Assembly: GCA_051294375.1 (NCBI GenBank) | Contig: CM119270.1 | Location: 732,344 to 796,343, forward strand | Length of the DNA stretch: 64,000 nt | DNA from: Paraspadella gotoi | Lineage: Eukaryota; Animalia; Chaetognatha | Direction of reading: 5' to 3' | Shown: piece by piece, positions 53,690 to 64,000 of the stretch | How the letters are laid out: each line of letters starts with the position of its first letter | Numbering within the stretch: the stretch's first letter is position 1 | Notes under the pieces: model-generated | What the model was told of the DNA's origin: nothing | The model's input: the letters and a program-made list of their open reading frames with translations, nothing else | The model's database searches: none | Made by a program: the position numbers and the translations under genes

Positions 53690-54005
53690 AAAAATAAAAG
53701 AAAATAAAGAGAGTAAAAGAAAATTAAAGTAAATAAAGAGCTTAGAAGTAAATAATAGAAAATAAAGAGATTAAAAGAAAATTAAAGTAAATAAAGAGAT
53801 TAGAAGAAAATAAAAGAAAATAAATAGATTAAAAGAAAATTATAGTAACTAAAAGATTAGAAGTAAATAAAAGAAAATAAAGAGAATAAAAGAAAATTAA
53901 AGTAGATAAAAAGATTAGAAGTAAATAAAAGAAAATAAAGAGATAAAAAAATTAAACGAAAATAAAAGAGAATAAAAAGAAAATAAAAAAGATTAAAAGA
54001 GATTA
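53690..54005. repeat. A-rich degenerate tandem repeat
   Basis: Repeated aaagaaaattaaagtaaataaagagattagaagtaaat-like units. Confidence 0.75.
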
Positions 54006-54070
54006 AAAAAACAAGAAAACAAGAGTAAAATAAGTATTTTCGATGGGAGAGAAAGGGTTAAGAAGACGTG

Positions 54071-54111
<41 letters not shown>

Positions 54112-54206
54112 NNNNNNNNNNNNNNNNNNNNNNNNNCTCATTTCGCGTCTTTTTAAAATTCCGCGCGGCACACTGCAAGTATTGTCAAATGAAGAATAAG
54201 AGGACT

Positions 54207-54237
<31 letters not shown>

Positions 54238-55254
54238 ATCTCTCTCTCCTCTCTCCTCTCTCTTCTCTCTCTCTCTCTTCTCCTTTCTTCTCTCTCTCTT
54301 CTCTTCTCTTCTCGTCTCTCTCTCTCTCTCGTCGCTCTTCCACTCTCCCTTTTTTCCTTATACTTCGCGTCTCGGTGCCATCATACCTCTCAGCTCTAAC
54401 GCCCATATTTCTTCCATTAGTTCCAGGCCGCCTTCTTCTGTCGATATTGGTATAGATGAGATTATGTATGGGATCTTGAGAAGGAGAGAGATTATTATAT
54501 GAGAGAGAGAGATTGTATAGATGAGAGAAGTAGTAGAATTGATGAAGTCTGATCCAGCATATACCTCCCTGCTAATCTAATAATATATTTACCGCTGAAT
54601 ATCTGCGAAAATCCTTCGATCATTCCTATCGTGAATTTTTATCTCGCATGATTTATCAGTGGATTATCTGTCTCTATTTACTTGATATACTGCTAGCCTG
54701 TGCGGCTCCTCGTTCACTTAGCTGTTCTATGACGCTCGCGAGCTGCTCACTTGTGCGTCTTTAGTGCTCGATGATCTCTTTATATCTCTTATCCGCTGAC
54801 TCAGTGACCTCTCGTGACATATGACTTCACTCAGTGAGATTGTGTGTGTTGGTGAAAGAGAGAAAGAGAGAGAGAGTGAGAGTGAGAGCGATAATGTTTA
54901 AATTACTTAATATCAATGACAATGATAAAAATCATTATTTATTCTTTTTTATCTGAATAAAAAATTATATTTCCTCGATGTTTTACCTCAGCTTTTCTTT
55001 TTCCTCGATGATATTGAATACATACTACAATATGAATTGTTAATATAGTATATAATCCGAACTAGAATGTTCAGAATGTCGCCCCAAAATATTTTTTTTA
55101 AACAGATAATTTTTTTTAACTCTGACACTCTTTTTTTCGGTTCTCATTTTTTCCTCTTCCTTTCCCCACATGACCCCTTCCATCCCCCTGAATCGATCCC
55201 GACCCTCTCCTCTTCTTCCTCCTCCTCTTCCTCCCCCCTCCCGGGGGAAAAAAA

Positions 55255-57365
55255 AAGAAAAAAAAGAAAAAAAGGAAAAAAAAAAAAGGAAAAAGAAAAA
55301 TCAGAAAAAGGAAAAAGGAAAAAAAAGTAAAAAAGGGAAAAAAGGAAAAAATGAAACCGAAAAGGAAAAAAAAGAAAAAAGAAAAAAGAAAAAAGGAAAA
55401 AAGAAATAAAGAAAAAAGAAAAAAGAAAAAAAGAAAATAAAAAAAAGAAAAAAGAAGAAAAAGAAAAAAAAGAAAAAAGCAAAAGGAAAAAGAAAAAAAA
55501 AAGGAAAAAAAGAAAAAAGAAAAAGGAAAAAGAAAAAAAAGAAAACAAAGAAAGAAAAAAGGAAAAAGAAAAAAAAAGAAAAGAAAAAGAAAAAGAAAAA
55601 AAAAAAAAGGAAAAAAGAAAAAAAGAAAAAGAAAAAGAAAAAAGAAAAAAAAGAAAAAAAAGGAAAAAAGAAAAAGGAAAAAAGGAAAAAAAAAGGGAAA
55701 AAAAAAGAAAAAAAGAAAAAAGGAAAAAAGAAAAGAAAAAAGGGAAACGAGTGTAAACAACTTATTCCTCGACTCAAATCCTTTAACGTAAAAAGGAAAA
55801 TACCAACTGTCACGGCCCGGAGGGGACTCTCTGTCTCTACTCTCTCTCTCAGTCTCTCTCTCTCTCTCTCCCTCTGTCTCTCTCTCTCTCTTCCTATCTC
55901 TCCCCTCTCTCTCGCTTCTTCTCTCTCTCTCTCTGCCGCCTTTTTCTGATATATACTTAAATAACATAGAAAAACTAAAGCATAGTCATGATTCGGATAG
56001 AGAGAGTGTGGAACGTTAAAAAAGGAAGCGGGGATCTATGTGTAAATACTGAATATTTAAAACTATGTATATATTGTCCACTTTGTATTTTTTTGTGTTT
56101 TGTTGATTTATTTACATTTCTTTTAAAATGTGTACATACATGTTATATGTACGGCTCATTAACTTGTTTACATTGTTTACTTCTGTGTTGAAACATTCAC
56201 ATTTTGAGGCATAATAAATTCAAATCAAAATCAATCTCTCTTCTCTCATCTCTCTCTCCCTCTCTCTCCCTGTCTCTCTCCTCTCTTCCTATCCTCTCCT
56301 CTCTCTCTCTCTCCTTCTCTCATCTCCTCTCTCCGCTCCCTTCTCTCCCTCTTTCCTCTGCTCTCTCTCTCTCTCCTGTCTCTCTCTCATCTCTCTCTCT
56401 CTACATCTCTCTCTCTCTCCTCTCTCTCCTGTCTCTCTCTCTCTCTCCTCTTCTCTCTATCTCTCTCTCCTCTTCTCTCTCTCTCCTCCTCTCTCTCTCC
56501 CTCTCTCTTCTCTCTCTCTGCTCTCGTCTGTCCTCTCTTCTCTCCTCTCTATCTCTCCTCCTCTCCCTTCCCTTCTCTCTCTCTCTGTCTATCTCTCTCC
56601 ATTTCCCGTCTCTTTCTCTCTCCTCATCTTCTCCTGTCTCTCTTCTCTCCTCTCTTTCGTATCCTCTTNNNNNNNNNNNNNNNNNNNNNNNNNAAAAGGA
56701 AAAAAGAAAAAGGAAAAAAAAAGGAAATAAAGAAAAAAAGAAAAAGAAAAAAGAAAAAAGAAAAAGAGTGAAAAAAAAAAGAAAAAAAAAAGAAAAAAGG
56801 AAAAAAAAAAAAAAAGTGGAAAAAAAAGAGAAAAAAGGAAAAAAAGGAAAAAAGAAAAAAAGAAACAAAAAAAGGTGAAACGAGTGTAAACAACTTATTC
56901 CTCGACTCAATCCTTAACGTAAAAAGGAAAACACCAACTGCTCACGGCCCTGGAGGGGGACTCTCTTCTCTCTCTCTTCTCTCCTCTCTCCTCCTTCTCT
57001 ACCCGCTCGTCTCTCTCTCTCTCTTCCTATCTCTCCCCTCTCTCTCTCTGCTCTCTCTCTCTCTCTGCCGCCTTTTTCTGATATATACTTAAATAACATA
57101 GAAAAACTAAAGGCATATCATGATTCGGATTAGAGAGAGTGTGGAACGTTTAAAAAGGAAGCGGGATCTATGTGTAAATACTGAATATTTAAAACTATTG
57201 TATATAATTAGTCCACTTTGTATTTTTTTGTGTTTTGTTGATTTATTTACATTTCTTTTAAAATGTGTACATACATGTATATGTACGGCTCATTAACTGT
57301 TTACATTGTTACTGTGTTAAACATTCACATTTTGAGGCATAATAAATTCAAATCAAAATCAATCT
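55255..57365. repeat. Direct duplication about 55255-56236 vs about 56694-57365 around a 25-N gap
   Basis: Near-identical unique core from cgagtgtaaacaacttattcctcgactcaa to gaggcataataaattcaaatcaaaatcaatc. Confidence 0.9.
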
Positions 57366-57486
57366 CTCTCTCTCCTCTCTCTCCCCTCTCTTCTCCCTGT
57401 CTCTCTCTCTCTTCTATCTCTCCCTCTCTCTCTCTCTCTTCCTTCTCTCTCTCTCTCTTCCGTCCCTCTCTCCCTCTTTCCCTCTG

Positions 57487-57517
<31 letters not shown>

Positions 57518-57635
57518 ACTCTCTCTCTCTTCCTTGCTCTCTCTCTCTCTCCCTCTCTCTCTCTCTCCCTCTCTCTCTCGTCTCTCTCTCGTCTTCTCCC
57601 TCTGCCTCTCTCTCCCTCTTTCCCTCTCTCTCTCT

Positions 57636-57681
<46 letters not shown>

Positions 57682-57725
57682 CTCCTTCCCTCTCTCTCTC
57701 TCTTTCTCTCTCTTCTGCCTCTCTC

Positions 57726-57771
<46 letters not shown>

Positions 57772-58399
57772 TCTCCGTCCTCTGCCTTTTGTTTTTCATT
57801 TATTCTTCCTCAAGCGCCGGTTTTTCCCCTCCCCTGACTGCCAACGATGCTTAAACTTCTCTCTCGAGCCAAACATAAGGCGAGCTGAAAAGACAAAAAC
57901 AAAAGACGTCACTAGAGATGAATAAGGGGTTTGTGAGGAAAGGGGAGAGGGAGTTTTTTCTTTTTTTTCTTTTTTCTGCGACGAAGTTTGTTTTTCCGCA
58001 TTTTCGTTATTTTTGTCGCTCGAGTGACGTTTGTTGGCTGAAGGCGTCGCCGTTGTTGTCGTCTTCGTCATCGTTGTTGTTGTCGCCGTNNNNNNNNNNG
58101 TTGTCGTCGTCTTCGACGCGGATCTTGTTGTTGTTTTTGTTATTGTTATCTTGGTCATCTTTGTCGCCGTCTTCGTTGTCGTTGTTGTAGTTGTCGCCGT
58201 CAGCGTCGTCGTTGTTATCGTCGTCGTCGTCGTCATCGTCGTCGTCGCCGGGGCAGTTTCATCACCTTGCACGTCCCGTCTCTTTCGTTCCTCTTCATTT
58301 CTCGGAAATTCTCCTCATTTCTCAGAAATCCTCGTCATTTCTCGGAAATGGTCTCGACTCGACGACCGCGACGAGATTCCGCTCACATTTTAACCTTTT

Positions 58400-59700
58400 T
58401 TTTATTCTTCCCTTTTCTCTCTTTTTCTTTTCGCTTCTCTTCTCGTTATCCTCTGTTCTTTCCTCTCTCTCCCTTTTCGTCTTCCCCCCCTTTTCTCCTC
58501 CACCTCATTTTTTACTTCCTCCTTCCTCTTCCTCATTTTTCTCCCTCCCTCCCCATCCTTCCTCCTCTCCTCCCTCCTCTCCTCCTTCTTGCCTCTCTCT
58601 CTCCCCTCTTTCCTCCATTTCTCCTCCCCCTTGCCTTCTCCTCCCTTTGTCTCCCTCCCTTTCGCCTCCCCCCCTCCTCTTCCGTTCCTCTCCTTCTCTT
58701 CTCGTTCTTCCTCCCTTCTCTCCCTCCCTCTCTCCTCCTTTTTTCCTCCCCCTCCTTCCTCCCTCTCCCTCTTCCTTCTCTCGCTCTCTCCCTCCCTTTC
58801 TCCTCCCCTTCTTCCTCCCTCTCCCCTCCTCCTTCTTCTTCGCTCTCTCCTCCTTTCTCCTCCGCCTTTCTTACTCCCTCCCCTCCTCCTTCTTCCTCCC
58901 TCTCCCCTCCTCCCTCTCTTCCTCCCTCTTCTACCTCCCTCTCTCCTCCCTTTTTCCTCCCCTCCTTCCTCCCTCTCCCTCTCCTTCTTCCTCCCTCTCT
59001 CCTCCCTTTCTCCTCCCGCTTTTTCCTCCCCTCTCCCCTCCTCCTTCTTCCTCCTCTCTTCTCCCTTTTCCTCCCCCTCCTTCTTCCCTCTCCCCTCCTC
59101 CTTCTTTCTCCCTCTCTCCTCCTTTCTCCTCCCCCTTCTTCCTCCCTCTCCCCTCCTCCTTTTCCTCCTTTCTCCTCTCCTTTCTCCTCCCCTCTCTTCT
59201 CCTTCTCCCCTCCTCCTTCTCTCCCTCTCTTCCTCCCTCTCTCCTCCTTTTCTCCTCCCCCTCCTTCCTCCTCTCTCCCTCTTCCTTCCCTTCTTCCTCC
59301 CTCTCTCCTCTCCTTCTTCCTCCCCTCTCTCTTCCTCCCTCTCCCCTCCTCCTTCTTCCTCCCTCTCTCCTCCCTTTCTCCTCCCCCTTCTATCCCCTCT
59401 CTCCCCTCCTCCTTCTTCCTCCCCTCTCCTCCTCTCTTTCTCCTCCCCCTCCTTCCTCCTCTCCCTCCTCCTTCTTCTCCCTCTCTCCTCCCTTTCTCCT
59501 CCCCCTTCTTCCTCCCTCTCCCCTCCTCCTTCTTCCTCCCTCTCTCCTCCCTCTCTCCTCCCTTTTTCCAACCCTTCTTCCTCCCTCTCCCCTCCTCCCT
59601 CTCTCCTCCCTCTCTCCTCCCTTTTTCCTCCCCCTCCTTCCTCCCTCTCCCCTCCTCCTTTTCTTCTCTTTCTCCTCCCTATTTCCCCCTCTAGATTTTT
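58400..59700. repeat. 1.3-kb polypyrimidine (CT/CCT) tract
   Basis: Almost exclusively C and T; it explains the long S/P/L/F and R/E/G ORFs. Confidence 0.95.
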
Positions 59701-60412
59701 CTCCCTCGTAACTTCATCTTTTACGACGACGTCAAAAATTCATTACGTCGTTAATTACGTCATTCGCCGCCGCGCGTCGCTCTTTTCCTCCGTCGACGTA
59801 ATGATTCGCTTCTCGACCCAAAATTATTATCATTATTTTTTTTTTTGTAATAATTTTGTTGCGTGAAATTTTAGTAATGGAAAAAAAAAAGGCGCTATTT
59901 TCAAAAAACTCCCGATTTCCCCTTTCTGTTCCGTAATTCCTTAACTTAGTTTTACGAGAATATTTAACTTTAATCTTTTACCAAATATTCAATCTCAATT
60001 CATTATCCTAATTACTAACTCAAATACCTAAATTTATTAACTCTGATCCCAAATCTTTAACTAAATCTTTAACCAAATTAATAACTTGATCTATAACCTT
60101 AGTCTTTAACCCCTATCCTAATCTTTAAACTCAAAACCTCACTTAATTTTAAATTTAAGCAGAATTGGGCCACTTATAGAATATAAGGCCGAAAAGAAAA
60201 AAAAACCAAATGAGCAACGGAATACGAATTTCGACATTAAAACCAACTAATGTTCGTTCGTCCTTTTTTTTTATATATTTTTTTTTTGCTGGGCGAAGGG
60301 AAAAAAGGTCGTACCGAGCGGTACACCTGTGAGCATGTTGCGCGTACGAAATAGATTTGCATACAAGATGCGATGAGTACGTACGCGTGTAGAAAATTCA
60401 GCGATTTGGTAA

Positions 60413-60525
<113 letters not shown>

Positions 60526-63369
60526 AAATAGACACGTCGTCATCGTCGCCATCATCGTCGTCGCCGTCCACATTGTACATAAATCCCTCGCTCTATTTCT
60601 GTTCGTCGAGACTCTTTAGCGCCTAAATTGGCCGCAGCAGCCGAAAGTAACGTGCGGCGGCGGCGGCGGCGGCGGCGGCTCTGTCGTCGTCGTCCGCTTC
60701 GTTTATACTCCGAAGTCGGAAGAGCCACGGAATCTGACTCAGTGTATTAATTATAGCGTAGATGTCGCGTTGAAATGACGCATCCTAGAACCGGAAATGA
60801 CGCATTAGACGCCTAGACGACGCTAAACGACGCCGCCCGACGTCGACCGACGACGCGACGACGCTAAACGACGCCGCCCTACATCTCCAGACGCCGCTTG
60901 TCACCAACCCAAGAATATATCGAATGATTGTAAGTCAACCAGGTACTTAATGAGGGAAAAATAGTAGCAAATATTGTTGTTGTTGTTGTTGTTGTAATTG
61001 TTGACCAAATCCCAAAGGAAGGGGTGACCATTAACAATTAATTTTCTTTTCTTTTCCTCCCTCCCTTTCTATTCCTTTTTCACTTTCCTCCTTTTCCTCC
61101 CTTTCATTCCCTTTCCTTTCCTCCATTTTTCATTCCTTTTCTTCCTTTCAATTCTTTCTTTCATTCCCTTTCCTTTTCTCCATTTTTTCTCCCTTTCCTT
61201 CCTTTCAATCATTTCTTTCCTTTCCTCTATTTTTCTTCCTTATTTTTCATCCAATTCCTTTCTTTTTTCCCTTCCTCCTTTTCCTCCCTTTCATTCCTTT
61301 CTTTCCTCTCTTCCCTACTTTTCCTTCCTTTCCTCCTTTTTTCCTCTTTCCTTTCATCTATTTTATCATTTTTTCTTTTCCTCCGTTTTTCGTTTTGATT
61401 TCTCAGAAATTCGATAAAAAGAAGAAGAATAAAGGAAAAAAGGAAAAAAAGGGAAAAAAGGAGAAAAAGGAGAAAAAGCGTCACCTTCAGTCGATAGAAG
61501 GAGATGACGAGATTAGCGAGGGAGAATGAGGAGGAAGAGGAAAAGGAGGAAGAAGAGGAGGAAGTGGAGGAGGAAGAAGAGGAGGAAGAGGTGGAGGAAG
61601 AAGACGAAAAGGAGGGAAAAAGATCATAAGCAGAAAGAATGTAGAAAGAAACGAAGGAGGAGAAGAAGGATGAAGAGGAGGAAGAAAGAGGGAGGAAAGG
61701 AGAAGGAAGAGGAGGAAGAAAGAGGGAGGAAAGGAGAAGGAAGAGGAGGAAGAAAGAGGGAGGAAAGGAGAAGGTAGAGGCAGAAAAAAAAATTAGAAGA
61801 AGAAAGAGAGAAGGAATAGGAAGTGAAAGAATAATAGAAAGAAAGAGAAAGAGGAGTAGGAAAATTAGAAGAGAAGAAAAGAAGAGGCTGAGGAGGAAGA
61901 GAAAGAGGTGTACGTAGAGAAGAAAGGCGAGAGGAAGAGAAGACCTTAAAATATTTAGTGAAATTCTAAGAAACAAAGAAAAAAAAATAAACAAAAAAGT
62001 CAAACCTCAGTCTCGAACATTGAACCTTATTTTTCCAGAAGGCCCCATTTCATCCATTTCATCCTCTGGCGGTAGGGTGAGCCTCTATCTTGATTAGTAA
62101 TTAGGCTATTTTTATGGTTAAAAATTTAAGTAAAGGGTTAGGGGATTCGTTTTGAATTAATTAATTTACTTAATTAATGAATTTAATTAAGTAAAGGGTT
62201 TGGATTATAATTTTTATAGATAGAATTTTTGGACAAAAACCGACGCTATTTATACAGAACAAATGGATCAAAGACGAGGGCAGAATTTCCCGGTGGATGA
62301 AAGCCCATCCGCTTATTGGTCGGTTCCATCCGAGTCTCGACCAATCAGAGAGCTTGATTCCATGTCCGTGATTTCTTCCCGAGTCTTTGATCCGGTTTCA
62401 TTCGATTCCATCTTTTGGATTCCGAGGCTTCCTATAATGATCTTGTACGAGTGATGGAGGCCAATAAACCACCAATGCCTGTCCAAAGTCAGGGGCAAGT
62501 TAGCTTATTTATTAAATGAATGGATAATTTTTATATTGCTTGTTCCAATTTCAAATCAAATTCCGGGATAAAGAAACAAAAGTTGTGCGCTTTGTGAAAA
62601 GAGAGTCGAACTTTGAACCAATTAAGCCTTGAATCGTCGTTTGATCTCGAGTTTGATGCCTCACCCTGGAAAAAGTCGAACTCACCATTTAGCCTCGACG
62701 CCCTTATGTGACTCGCGACTCGAAACTCCTTACCCTAAACAAGTTAAACCTTACCCTTTAATCCTTTGACTTTGACGAACCGATTTGTCTTTATACGATT
62801 CCTTACCAATAGAAGAAAGAAACTCATTTTTTTGGAAAACCTTAACCTGAACGAGCACAGTTTAACCTATTTAACTTATCTTTCTATTCCTCACTCTCTC
62901 CCTATCCCTCTCTCTACCTCTCTCTTTCTCTGCTCCCCTCTTTTCCTCCTCTCCCCTCGTCCATTCCACGCCTCTCTATCTCCATCTCGTCCCTCGACTA
63001 TCTGCTCTCTCTTTCTCCCCTGTACTCGTCTTCCCCCCCAGCTCTCGTTCTCTCGTCTCTGCTCTGTCTCCTGCTGGACCTATCGACTCTCTCGTCTGCT
63101 CTCTCTCTCTCTCTCCTCTCTCTCTCTCACTCTCTCTCTCTCGAATAAAATAGCCACTTAAGCTTCGACCCTTAGACTTTCATTGCGTCGAGAATAAAAT
63201 GCCACAACTCGAGTGACCCTGCTTGCTATGGCTTGGTATGGCTGCTTGGTTGTGACTCTCGCACACCATGTTTCGTAGTTGTTCAAGTAACGCGTTGCTT
63301 GGTAACATTAAATCTCGGGATGGGACAACCTTTCATTCTTATTCAACTTGTTTCACCATATTATGAAGA

Positions 63370-63465
<96 letters not shown>
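63370..63465. repeat. (TAA)n microsatellite
   Basis: Directly visible; source of the poly-Ile ORF. Confidence 0.97.
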
Positions 63466-63467
<2 letters not shown>

Positions 63468-64000
63468 TTAAAATCCCCCTAAAATTATCTCTTACGTCTC
63501 CTTTTTTGATTCGCTTCATTTGATTATTTTATCCCGAAGGAAATCAGGATCATTGATATCATGAAAGTAATATCTAAATAAAAGTCAAAGCCTATACAAT
63601 AATAAGCTACTAATTCTAATATAAACGTATTTGTTTAATATTTATCTAGTTAACGTTAATTTCGATATAATAAATCTCGCTCGTAATATAAATCTTGACG
63701 CAAATTAAAAAAATCTAGAAATCATTAAATTCATTCATTCTCAAAATTTTTTAAAGAGTTTTTTCAACCATTTGATTTGACAATGAAGAAGAACTTACCT
63801 CATGTCGACCCTGTCTTTATCTTTGTATGATGTTCAACTCAACTCCCGTCTGAACTCCCATCTGAACTTCAATCTAAACTCCCATCTGAACTCCCATCAG
63901 ACTTCCCATCTGAACTCCACCCTAACCCCATCTCTTGAACCCGATGATAATTCGGCTCCAGCTGCCGATAGCAAAACAGGGAAAAGGCTTCGTGAGAGTG

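Noticed and set aside
62263-62498. Short, normal-looking ORFs
   Set aside because: The sequence resembles about 31795-31900 and 33880-33990, so it is more likely a dispersed repeat; no recognisable domain.

Overview
AT-rich, microsatellite-dense eukaryotic (animal-like) draft-assembly window with many N gaps, six of them exactly 25 N. Most ORFs in the track are simple-repeat artefacts. The real content is a tandem cluster of divergent, spliced, pentraxin-like genes on the minus strand (about 17.3-30.9 kb). Two are complete 7-exon genes that I could splice by hand into open frames (C: 28326-30895, 356 aa; A: 22358-26684, 300 aa). Gene B (18442-20228) has an unresolved 5' end, and D (about 17354-17900) is a broken fragment. 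A, B and C share an 89-nt exon encoding C-x5-C and a terminal Cys, and they lack the canonical pentraxin disulfide; A and C begin with a 55-nt signal-peptide exon. About 9 kb of the cluster (23.9-32.9 kb) recurs inverted at 33.1-42.6 kb across a 25-N gap, with frameshifting small indels, some substitutions and an extra 814-bp TIR element; a second haplotype is the most likely explanation. The rest is non-autonomous mobile elements (nested tRNA-derived SINE-like copies, HINE/DINE-like elements), minisatellites, noisy tandem duplications around gaps and low-quality sequence (about 46.4-52.8 kb). All calls come from manual reading; no database search was run.
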